Below are positions 37,416 to 45,812 of a stretch of DNA of 64,000 nt, piece by piece. Each line of letters opens with the position of its first letter. Within the stretch, counting starts at the first letter, position 1. Source of the DNA: Candidatus Acidiferrum sp. GTDB lineage: Bacteria > Bacillota > Clostridia > Oscillospirales > Feifaniaceae. The stretch covers positions 4,887 through 68,886 of the forward strand of contig DATMZG010000117.1 in the NCBI GenBank assembly GCA_035560415.1. The letters run 5' to 3'. Below the pieces are notes generated by a model. It was not told where the DNA came from. It did no database searches and was given only the letters and a program-made list of their open reading frames with translations. The position numbers were made by a program, and so were the translations under genes.

Positions 37416-38158
37416 TGGCTCTCGTATACAAGCGGCCCGATGCCCTGACCGACATGAACTTCAAATATTGCGGCGGGTGCGGACACGGGCTGGTCAACAA
37501 GATTTTGGCTGAAATTTTAGACGAGCGCGGCCTTGCCGGCAAGACCGTCATGGTCTGGCCCATCGGCTGCTCAGTCTTCGCCGACCAGTACTTCAAGACC
37601 GACTCGGTCTGCGCGCTGCACGGCCGCGCCCCCGCCCTTGCGACGGGACTTAAAAGGGCCCGCCCGGACAACCTCGTCATCGTCTATCAGGGCGACGGCG
37701 ACATGGTCTCAGAGGGCATGAGCGAAATTTTGCACGCCGCCATTCGTGGCGAAAAGCTCTCGGTCATCTTTGTCAACAACGCCATTTACGGCATGACGGG
37801 CGGCCAGATGGCCCCCACCACCCTGATTGGCCAGAAGACCACGACCTCGCCCTACGGCCGCACGGCGGCTGCTGCGGGCTACCCCGTCAACATGGCCGAG
37901 CTCATCGCCAATATCCGGGGCTGCATTTACAGCGAGCGGGTCACGGTCAACACGCCGGCGAGACTTGCCGCCGCCAAAAAAGCCATTGCCAAGGCCATTG
38001 ATTTGCAGCTTGAAGGCCGCGGGCTCTCCTTTGTCGAAGTGCTCTCCCCCTGCCCGACCGGCTGGGGCGTGAAAGCCTTGGACGCCCTCGACTTCATTGA
38101 CAGCGACATGCTGCCCATTTACCCCTTGGGCGTCATCAAGGAGGCGGCAGATGCGTAA
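37415..38158 (+). CDS. 2-oxoacid:ferredoxin oxidoreductase beta subunit (TPP-binding)
   Basis: 247 aa. 'YCGGCGHG', 'GDGD', 'NNAIYGMTGGQ'. Confidence 0.9.
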   Translation: MALVYKRPDALTDMNFKYCGGCGHGLVNKILAEILDERGLAGKTVMVWPIGCSVFADQYFKTDSVCALHGRAPALATGLKRARPDNLVIVYQGDGDMVSEGMSEILHAAIRGEKLSVIFVNNAIYGMTGGQMAPTTLIGQKTTTSPYGRTAAAAGYPVNMAELIANIRGCIYSERVTVNTPARLAAAKKAIAKAIDLQLEGRGLSFVEVLSPCPTGWGVKALDALDFIDSDMLPIYPLGVIKEAADA

Positions 38159-38687
38159 ACATGAATTTATGTTCTCCGGCATCGGCGGGCAGGGCGTCAT
38201 CTCCATCGGGGAGCTGCTCTGCATGACCGCCGTCGCAAAAGGGCTTGTCGTCACTTTCACCCCCTCCTACGGGCAGGAAAAGCGGGGTGGGCGCACGATG
38301 TGCCAGATGGTGGTGTCGGACAAAATGGGCTCCCACGTCATTTCGGAAGCGCAGCTGCTGCTGGTCATGGACGAGCGGTCGCTCACCGATTACGAGGGCA
38401 TGGTGGCAAAGGGCGGAACCCTCATTTTGAACAGCGACCTCATCAACAAAGAGCCCGCCCGCACCGACATCAACGTGGTGAAAATCCCCTGCAACACCCT
38501 CGCCACCGAGGCGGGGTCCTCTAAGGCCGCCAACATGGTGGCGCTGGGCGCCGCGCTGCGGGTTCTGACCTTCGTCACCCCGGATGAGGTCAAGGCGGGA
38601 CTTCCCGAGATTTTCCCCGGCGGCAAGGCAAAGCTCATCCCCGTAAACGAACGCGCCCTCGACATGGGCTACGAAGCGGCAAAATAG
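38151..38687 (+). CDS. 2-oxoacid:ferredoxin oxidoreductase gamma subunit
   Basis: 178 aa from ATG 38151 (overlaps the beta stop). 'FSGIGGQGVISIGELL', 'YGQEKRGG'. Confidence 0.85.
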   Translation: MRKHEFMFSGIGGQGVISIGELLCMTAVAKGLVVTFTPSYGQEKRGGRTMCQMVVSDKMGSHVISEAQLLLVMDERSLTDYEGMVAKGGTLILNSDLINKEPARTDINVVKIPCNTLATEAGSSKAANMVALGAALRVLTFVTPDEVKAGLPEIFPGGKAKLIPVNERALDMGYEAAK

Positions 38688-38695
38688 ACAAATGT

Positions 38696-38732
38696 GCTTA
38701 AGGACGGCTGCCGCCGTCCTTAAGCCCGTTTT
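38696..38732 (+). terminator. hairpin/terminator between the OFOR genes and the M20 gene
   Basis: Perfect hairpin 'GCTTAAGGACGGC TGCC GCCGTCCTTAAGC' followed by CCGTTTT. Confidence 0.6.
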
Positions 38733-38749
38733 AAGAAGGGGTGTAAAAA

Positions 38750-39913
38750 ATGTTTGACGTGAAGGCCGACATCGCGGCCATAACCGACAAAATGATCGGC
38801 TGGCGGCGGGATTTCCACCGCCACCCCGAGCTTGGGCTCAAAGAATTTCGCACTTCCGGCATCATTGAACAGCATCTGCTGGGGCTGGGGCTCGAGGTGC
38901 GCCGCTGCGCCGGAACCGGCGTCATCGGCGTCTTAAAGGGCGGCAAACCCGGCAAGACCGTCATGCTGCGCTCCGACATCGACGCCCTGCCGGTCACGGA
39001 GGAGACGGGGCTGCCCTTTACCTCCGAAAACCCCGGCGTCATGCACGCCTGCGGACACGACGGGCACATCTCCATGCAGATGGCGGCGGCCGAAATCCTG
39101 GCCGCCCGCAAGGACGAGCTCGCGGGCACCGTGGTCTTCCTCTTCCAGCTCAACGAGGAGGACGCCGGCGCCGAGCGCATGATTGCGGACGGGGCCCTCG
39201 ATAACCCCAAACCCGACGCCATTTTCGGCCTGCACCTGTGGTCGCCCTACCGCACCGGCCAGATTGCCGTCGTGCCGGGGCCCATCATGGCCTCAAGCTA
39301 TTATTTTAAATTGACGGTTCGGGGAAAAGGCGGCCACGGCGGCGCCCCCCATACGGCCATCAACCCCATCACGGCGGCCATGCACGTCGTGGAGGCCGTC
39401 AAGACCTTCCAGACCGAAGAGCTCAATTTGATGAAGCCGACCGTCATCTCGGTCGGCATGTTCCACGCCGGCGTCAAGGAGATCATCATCCCCGACACCT
39501 GCGAGCTGCAGGGCTCCATCCGCTGTCTGCACGACGGGGATGCCTACATCCACACGCGGCTGCGCGAAATCGCCGAGGGCGTGTGCGCCGCTTACCGGTG
39601 CACCTGCACGCTCGACATCATCTGCGGCAACACCATGCTCGACAACGACGATGTCTTAACGGCCGGCGTCGTCAAGGTTGCAGGTGAGGTCGTCGGCCGG
39701 GAGAACATCGTCATGAAGGACGTGGCCGTCATGCTGGGCGAGGACTTCGCCGAGTTCACCCATCGGGTGCCCGGCTGCTATTTCTTCGTCGGCACCACAA
39801 AGCTGGGCGCTCAGATGGTCGAGCACCACAACTGCAAATTTGTCATCGACGAGGACTCGCTGCCCATCGGCGTCGAAATGCTGGTAAAGTGCACGCTTGA
39901 CTTTTTGGGTTGA
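38750..39913 (+). CDS. M20-family amidohydrolase (N-acyl-amino-acid / hippurate hydrolase type)
   Basis: 387 aa. 'RRDFHRHPELG', 'MHACGHDGH', 'GEDFAEF'. Confidence 0.85.
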   Translation: MFDVKADIAAITDKMIGWRRDFHRHPELGLKEFRTSGIIEQHLLGLGLEVRRCAGTGVIGVLKGGKPGKTVMLRSDIDALPVTEETGLPFTSENPGVMHACGHDGHISMQMAAAEILAARKDELAGTVVFLFQLNEEDAGAERMIADGALDNPKPDAIFGLHLWSPYRTGQIAVVPGPIMASSYYFKLTVRGKGGHGGAPHTAINPITAAMHVVEAVKTFQTEELNLMKPTVISVGMFHAGVKEIIIPDTCELQGSIRCLHDGDAYIHTRLREIAEGVCAAYRCTCTLDIICGNTMLDNDDVLTAGVVKVAGEVVGRENIVMKDVAVMLGEDFAEFTHRVPGCYFFVGTTKLGAQMVEHHNCKFVIDEDSLPIGVEMLVKCTLDFLG

Positions 39914-39958
39914 CTGGCCCAAAATAAGAATGATCACCCATTAAGGAGGAAAAGCCAC

Positions 39959-41098
39959 ATGGATTTCAAACTGAGCAAGGAGCATGAGCTCGCCCGGCAG
40001 ATGTTTCGCCAGTTCGCCGAGACCGAACTTGCCCCCATCGCCACCGAAATAGACGAGGAAGAGCGCTTTCCGCTTGAAACCGTCGAAAAGCTGAAGAAGC
40101 TCGGCATGCTCGGCATCCCCTATCCCAAGAAATATGGTGGCCAGGGCTGCGACGAGCTGACATACTCCCTCATGATGGAGGAAATCAGCCGCTGCTGCGC
40201 CTCGACCGGCATCATCGCGTCGGTCCACACCTCGCTGTGCTGCGGCGCCCTCTATCAAAACGGCACTGAGGAGCAAAAAGAGAAGTACCTGCGCCCGCTC
40301 TTAGACGGCCGGTATCTCGGCGCTTTCGGTCTGACCGAACCCTCGGCCGGCTCCGACGCCGCCAGCCAGAACACCTTTGCCGTCAAGGACGGCGACAGCT
40401 ATATTTTAAACGGCTCCAAAATTTTCATCACCAACTCCGGCTACGCCGACGTCTACACCATTTTCGCCATGACCGACAAGTCGCAGGGCACGCGCGGCAT
40501 CTCCTGCTTCATCGTCGAAAAGGGCTTTGAGGGCTTTACGCAGGGCACGCCGTTTCGCAAGATGGGCATCAGAGCCGCCTGCGTGCGGGAGCTCATTTTC
40601 CAGAACGTGCGGGTTCCGGCTGAAAACCTGCTCGGCAAAGAGGGCCGCGGCTTTGGCATCGCCATGAAAGCGCTCGACGGCGGGCGCATCGGCATCGCCT
40701 CTCAGGCCGTCGGCATTGCACAGGGCGCTTTTGACAAGACCGTCACTTACGTCAAAGAGCGCAAGCAGTTCGGAAAGCCGCTTGCGGCCCTGCAGAACAC
40801 CCAGTTTACGCTGGCCGACATGGCCACCCGCATTCAGGCCGCCCGGCTGCTCACCTGGGAGGCTGCCATGGCCGCCGACGCCGGCGAGCCCTACTCCAGC
40901 AAAGCCGCAATGGCCAAGCTCTTTGCATCCGAGACCGCCTCGTATATCACCAACCGCGCCGTGCAGATGATGGGCGGCTACGGCTACATGCGGGAGTATT
41001 CGGTTGAGCGCATGATGCGCGACGCCAAAATCACCGAGATTTACGAGGGCACGAGCGAGATCATGAAGATGGTCATCTCCGGCCAGCTGCTCAAGTAG
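39959..41098 (+). CDS. acyl-CoA dehydrogenase (butyryl-CoA dehydrogenase-like)
   Basis: 379 aa. 'GAFGLTEPSAGSDA', 'QMMGGYGYMREY.VERMMRDAKITEIYEGTSEI'. Followed by etfBA. Confidence 0.92.
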   Translation: MDFKLSKEHELARQMFRQFAETELAPIATEIDEEERFPLETVEKLKKLGMLGIPYPKKYGGQGCDELTYSLMMEEISRCCASTGIIASVHTSLCCGALYQNGTEEQKEKYLRPLLDGRYLGAFGLTEPSAGSDAASQNTFAVKDGDSYILNGSKIFITNSGYADVYTIFAMTDKSQGTRGISCFIVEKGFEGFTQGTPFRKMGIRAACVRELIFQNVRVPAENLLGKEGRGFGIAMKALDGGRIGIASQAVGIAQGAFDKTVTYVKERKQFGKPLAALQNTQFTLADMATRIQAARLLTWEAAMAADAGEPYSSKAAMAKLFASETASYITNRAVQMMGGYGYMREYSVERMMRDAKITEIYEGTSEIMKMVISGQLLK

Positions 41099-41112
41099 GG
41101 GGGAGAAGTAGA

Positions 41113-41904
41113 ATGAATATTGTTGTATGCATTAAGCAGGTTCCGAACACCAACGACGTCAAGCTTGACCCCGTGACCGGAACCCTGAAGCGCGAAGGCA
41201 TTCCGAGCATCATCAACCCGGACGACAAAAGGGCCATTGAGGCGGCTTTGAAGCTCAAGGACGAGTACGGCGCCCACGTCACCGTCATGACCATGGGCCT
41301 GCCGCAGGCCGACATCGCCTTAAAAGAGGCCGTGGCCATGGGGGCCGACGAGGCCATTCTCATCACCGACCGCGCCTTTGCCGGCTCCGACACCTGGGCC
41401 ACCTCCTCGGTGCTGGCCGCCGCCGTGAAAAAGCTACCCTTTGACATCATTTTCACCGGCCGGCAGGCCATTGACGGCGACACGGCCCAGGTCGGGCCGC
41501 AGATTGCCGAGCACCTGGGGCTGCCCTCGATCAGCTACGCTGAGGAGATCAAGCTTGAAGAGGGCGCCGTCACGGTCAAGCGCAAGTTCGAGGACCGCTA
41601 CCACCTCATCCGGGTCAAGACGCCCTGCCTCATCACGGCACTCTCGGAGCTCAACACCCCCCGCTATATGACCCCCGGCCGCATTTTCGACGCCTTTCAG
41701 GCGCCGGAGCTGGCCACAAAGGTCTGGAGCAACGCGGACCTCAATATGGACCCCGAGACCGTCGGCCTCAAGGGCTCACCCACCAAGGTCCTCAAAGCCT
41801 TTGACAAGGCCGTCAAACCGGCCGGCCAGAAGTACAAGCCCGAATCGCCCGAGGCGGCTGCGGCCCTCATTGTCGAGAAGCTGCAGGAAAAGTTTATTCT
41901 GTAA
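41113..41904 (+). CDS. etfB: electron transfer flavoprotein beta subunit
   Basis: 263 aa. 'MNIVVCIKQVPNT', 'GRQAIDGDTAQVGPQIAE.LG'. Confidence 0.92.
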   Translation: MNIVVCIKQVPNTNDVKLDPVTGTLKREGIPSIINPDDKRAIEAALKLKDEYGAHVTVMTMGLPQADIALKEAVAMGADEAILITDRAFAGSDTWATSSVLAAAVKKLPFDIIFTGRQAIDGDTAQVGPQIAEHLGLPSISYAEEIKLEEGAVTVKRKFEDRYHLIRVKTPCLITALSELNTPRYMTPGRIFDAFQAPELATKVWSNADLNMDPETVGLKGSPTKVLKAFDKAVKPAGQKYKPESPEAAAALIVEKLQEKFIL

Positions 41905-41919
41905 GGAGGGAGCAAACTG

Positions 41920-42927
41920 ATGAACATCAAAGATTACAGCGGCGTATTCGTATTCGCCCAGCAGGTTGACGGTAAGCTGACCTCCGTGGGGCTGGAACTC
42001 TGCGGCAAGGGCAAGCAGCTCGCCGGGGACCTCGGCGTGAAACTGACGGCGGTGCTGCTGGGCAGCGGCGTCGAAGGGCTCGCGGGAGACCTGCTCTCCC
42101 ACGGGGCCGACCGGGTCATCCTCGTCGACGACGAGAAGCTCGGCGTCTATATGACCGAGCCCTATGTCTATGCGCTTTCCAAGGTCATTGAAAATTACAA
42201 GCCTGAAATCCTGCTGGTCGGCGCCACCGCCATCGGCCGCGACATGGCGCCCCGGGTGTCTGCCCGTGTTCACACAGGGCTGACTGCCGACTGCACCGCC
42301 CTCGACATCGACGGCGAGAGTAAAAATCTGCTCATGACCCGTCCCGCCTTTGGCGGCAACATCATGGCCACCATCCTCTGCCCCAACCACCGGCCCCAGA
42401 TGGCGACGGTGCGCCCCGGCGTCATGCAGAAGCTGCCGGCCGGTGAGGCCGTGGGAGAGATTGAGAAGTTTGCGCTTGAAATTCCGGAGAAATGCGTCAA
42501 CGTTGAAATTCTCGAAATCATTCCCAACCGCCCCACCCGCATGAACATTCAGGAGGCCAAAGTGCTGGTCTCGGGCGGGCGCGGCATCGGCGGCCCCGAG
42601 GGCTTTGCGCCGCTTGATGCGCTGGCCGGAAAACTGGGCGGCACCATTTCTTCGTCCCGCGCCTGCGTCGACTCGGGCTGGACCACCTCCGACCGGCAGG
42701 TCGGCCAGACCGGCTCCACCGTGCGCCCCGACCTCTACTTTGCCTGCGGCATCTCCGGACAGATTCAGCATGTGGCCGGCATGGAGGAGTCGGGCTATAT
42801 CATCGCCATCAACCGCGACGAGACGGCCCCCATCTTCGGCGTGGCCGACCTTGGCATCGTCGGCGACCTGCACGCGATTTTGCCGGCGCTTGCGGCCGAG
42901 ATCGACAAGGCCCGCGCAAAGCAGTAG
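41920..42927 (+). CDS. etfA: electron transfer flavoprotein alpha subunit
   Basis: 335 aa. 'SGGRGIG', 'GQTG..V.P.LY.A.GISGQIQH.AGM'. Confidence 0.92.
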   Translation: MNIKDYSGVFVFAQQVDGKLTSVGLELCGKGKQLAGDLGVKLTAVLLGSGVEGLAGDLLSHGADRVILVDDEKLGVYMTEPYVYALSKVIENYKPEILLVGATAIGRDMAPRVSARVHTGLTADCTALDIDGESKNLLMTRPAFGGNIMATILCPNHRPQMATVRPGVMQKLPAGEAVGEIEKFALEIPEKCVNVEILEIIPNRPTRMNIQEAKVLVSGGRGIGGPEGFAPLDALAGKLGGTISSSRACVDSGWTTSDRQVGQTGSTVRPDLYFACGISGQIQHVAGMEESGYIIAINRDETAPIFGVADLGIVGDLHAILPALAAEIDKARAKQ

Positions 42928-42977
42928 TCAGCCGCAAAAAAGCCTCCGAAGCTTTGGCGGCTTTATCGAAGTTTTTT

Positions 42978-43013
42978 GCAAGAGCCGTGCACCCGCACGG
43001 CTCTTGCATTTTT
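42978..43013 (+). terminator. rho-independent terminator after etfA
   Basis: 'GCAAGAGCCGTGC ACCC GCACGGCTCTTGC ATTTTT'. Confidence 0.75.
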
Positions 43014-43106
43014 CACAAAGCCCGGTAATCTGAGGGCTTTTAGATTTGGCAACCGCCTTTGCACCCATTGCGCTCACGCGGCATAGTATGTTTCGGAGGG
43101 GTTGCA

Positions 43107-44066
43107 ATGTCTATGGAACTGCTTGCCGTCCGACGGTTTCCGGCCGAGGGAGCCGGCTTTACGGTCGGCCCGGACGGATTCTATCTTACGCAGCCGGAAT
43201 CTTTGCGCATTTTGCGGTTTGACCGCGAGCTGGAGCAAACGGGCGAATTCCCGGTGCCCGTCCGGTTTACGGTGCTTTGCTACGACCGCGGCGAGGACTG
43301 TTTTTGGGGATATGTGCCCGGAACGCCCTTGATTTTGTACCGCATGAACAGAGAACTTGGCGTCGAAAGCCAGAGCATTCTGGCGTGGCCGGAGCTGGCA
43401 TATGAAATTGTCGGCATTTCGGTCGACTGTGGAACAGGACTTTTGGTCCTGACCACCGACGACGCCGTGTGGTCCTTTCAAAGGGATGGCAAATATGCCG
43501 GCCGGATTCTCCGGGCGGCTGAAAACGCCGTGCTGGAGGGAGCCGCAGCCATAAACCCCTGGATTGTCGCCCGCTACCGCAGAGGTGCCCGAGTCAACCT
43601 TGCGCTCGTGAATTCGCAAGGCGTGATGGTGGGCGAAACCCCTATTCGCGGCCGCTTCGGAGCCGGAATAGCTGTAGATATGACAACTCCCGACAACCCG
43701 CAGTTTTTTGCTTTGTCAGGCGGTCAGCTTCAACTCTGGTCGCTTGGGGAGCGCGCGGCGGTCTGCAACTTTGATCAGATAGCGTCTCCCCGCAGCATCA
43801 GTGATGGCGATTCCTTGTTCTGCGAGTGCCGTGCTTGCTGCGGAAACTGCGATTACTTCGAGCGCTTTGGGCGCGAACCGGCGCTTGTCGATACACGAAC
43901 CATCGTCCTGGCAGCCAGCTCCGCCATGGAGAGTGCAATGGCAAGCATTCTGTCGGCGCCCGGAACAAGTGAAGGCACCATCGCGCAGGTCGCCTCGATC
44001 GAGCAGAGTCTGCTCGAAAAACTGAGGATCGTAGACAATATTATAAACAGAACGGATTGTTGCTAA
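43107..44066 (+). CDS. hypothetical protein with a Cys-rich segment and a C-terminal ...DCC end
   Basis: 319 aa from ATG 43107 (RBS GGAGGGG). The beta-rich N-terminal two-thirds resemble no family I recognise. Then 'CECRACCGNCDYF' and a helical tail 'AMESAMASILSAPGTSEGTIAQVASIEQSLLEKL'. The opposite-strand ORF 43074..43619 looks like an antisense shadow. Confidence 0.5.
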   Translation: MSMELLAVRRFPAEGAGFTVGPDGFYLTQPESLRILRFDRELEQTGEFPVPVRFTVLCYDRGEDCFWGYVPGTPLILYRMNRELGVESQSILAWPELAYEIVGISVDCGTGLLVLTTDDAVWSFQRDGKYAGRILRAAENAVLEGAAAINPWIVARYRRGARVNLALVNSQGVMVGETPIRGRFGAGIAVDMTTPDNPQFFALSGGQLQLWSLGERAAVCNFDQIASPRSISDGDSLFCECRACCGNCDYFERFGREPALVDTRTIVLAASSAMESAMASILSAPGTSEGTIAQVASIEQSLLEKLRIVDNIINRTDCC

Positions 44067-44177
44067 GTGTGTATGTGCAGAAACCGTAACAAAAACAGAA
44101 ACAATGACTGCTGCTCTCCCGGAAAGCAGTCGCCGAGACGGCGCCGCTTCTTCTGCTGTGGCAGACGGTAATTAAAC

Positions 44178-44209
44178 AAAACCCCCCGGCTTTGCCGGGG
44201 GGTTCTTTT
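44178..44209. terminator. bidirectional rho-independent terminator
   Basis: 'AAAACCCCCCGGC TTTG CCGGGGGGTT CTTTT', between convergent units. Confidence 0.75.
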
Positions 44210-44292
44210 AACTGTAAACACGGTTGTTTTGCGGCAGCCTGTTTTTCTTGGGTCTCCGACCCGGCGGAAAACCCGCAGGTTATTCGCCATTC

Positions 44293-45642
44293 TTACAGAT
44301 AGCTCATGACTCCGGCAATGAGCACCGCGATCGTGACGGCCGGCACTCCGAACTTGAGCCAGGGGGAGAGCCACAGGGGAATCCGGAAATACTTTGCGCC
44401 TTTGGAGCCCTCCTCGGCAAGCCGGCTAAAGGGATATTTGTAGGCCGAGTAGATGTCGAGCACCAGAGCGCCCACCGGGACAAGCAGGCCCACGGCGACA
44501 AAGTCCATAAAAGTAAAGCAGTCCATGCCGAGAATGGAGACGTTTTTCAACGCCGTACCCGCGAGGATGGCCGGAAGCGAGCAGAGGGCTAAGAGCGGGG
44601 TCAAAATGAGCAGCATTTTTTTCTTAGGTAAGCCAAACGCCTCCGCCAAAGTTGAATTGACCCCTTCAAAGAGCCCTAAAATGGAGGTCATGCCGGCGAT
44701 GAGCACGAGGAAGAAGAAGAGGGCCATCCACCATCTGCCGCCCGCCATGTCGCCGAAGACGACCGGCATGGTCATAAAGACGAGTCCGGCGCCGGCGTCC
44801 GGGTCCATGCCGTAGGAGAAGAGGGCGGGAAAGATGGCGAGCCCCGCCAAAATGGCCACCACAAAGTTGGAGAGCACGATGACGACGGTCGAAAATGGGA
44901 TGTCGCTCTTTTCTCTGTCCAAGTAGCTGCCGAAGGCGAAGGCCGTCGACAGGGCGACGCCGGCCAGGAAAAAGACCTGCGAGAGGGCCGACATGAAGGT
45001 GCCCCCCGTGAGCCGCGAGAAGTCGGCCGTCAAAAGCCACTTGACGCCGACGCCCGCCCCCGGCATGGAGCAGCCGCGCACCGCCATGGCAAAGAGAAAG
45101 ACAAACAGCATGGGCAGCAGCACTTTGCTCGCGGCCTCAATGCCCTTTTGGACGCCCCGCCACAGAATGGCGGCCGACAGGACAAGCGACAGCACCGTCC
45201 AAAACAGCTTGGACGCGGCCGAATTTTGAAGCTGACCGTAAATGCCGATGAGCTCGCCCTGTGAATAGGCCGTGATATCGCTTGCGAGGCCCTTGTAGAC
45301 GTAAAACAGCACGTCGCCGACAATGGTGACGTAGTAGGAGATCATGATAAAGGCGGCCGTCACCCCGAGCCAGCCGAACATGACCCACGGGCTGCCGGGG
45401 CCGGCGAGCTGGCGCATGCCGACAACGGCGGTCTTTCCGGTCGACCGCCCCAGCGTCAGCTCGCAGAGCAGCAGCGGCACGGCGATGACGACCGAGAGCA
45501 GCGCGCAGAGCAGCAAAAAGATGCCGCCCCCCGAAGTGCCGATCATGTACGGGAACCGCCAGATGGCCCCAAGTCCCACGGCGTAGCCGATGGAGGAGAG
45601 CAAAAAGCCTGCCGCGCTGCCCCAGGATTCTTTTTCGTTCAT
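44293..45642 (-). CDS. sodium-dependent transporter, NSS (SNF) family
   Basis: 449 aa. 'GFLLSSIGYAVGLGAIWRFPY' signature N-terminus, about 11-12 TM segments. Confidence 0.9.
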   Translation of the reverse strand: MNEKESWGSAAGFLLSSIGYAVGLGAIWRFPYMIGTSGGGIFLLLCALLSVVIAVPLLLCELTLGRSTGKTAVVGMRQLAGPGSPWVMFGWLGVTAAFIMISYYVTIVGDVLFYVYKGLASDITAYSQGELIGIYGQLQNSAASKLFWTVLSLVLSAAILWRGVQKGIEAASKVLLPMLFVFLFAMAVRGCSMPGAGVGVKWLLTADFSRLTGGTFMSALSQVFFLAGVALSTAFAFGSYLDREKSDIPFSTVVIVLSNFVVAILAGLAIFPALFSYGMDPDAGAGLVFMTMPVVFGDMAGGRWWMALFFFLVLIAGMTSILGLFEGVNSTLAEAFGLPKKKMLLILTPLLALCSLPAILAGTALKNVSILGMDCFTFMDFVAVGLLVPVGALVLDIYSAYKYPFSRLAEEGSKGAKYFRIPLWLSPWLKFGVPAVTIAVLIAGVMSYL

Positions 45643-45812
45643 GTTTACCCCTGATTGTATGTATTTTGTTTGTGCGAGGACACGCTGGGGCCCAAAAAGG
45701 CTGCCCGGACGGGCACTCTTCGATATTCTAACATACGACGTGCCGAAAATCCACTGTACAATTCTATGAAATTTGTGTTATAATAACTGAGTTAAGAATA
45801 GGAGGATTATAA

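Noticed and set aside
41776-42873. 365-aa minus-strand ORF opposite etfA
   Set aside because: Antisense to a well-supported etfA. Gly/Ala/Asp-rich.
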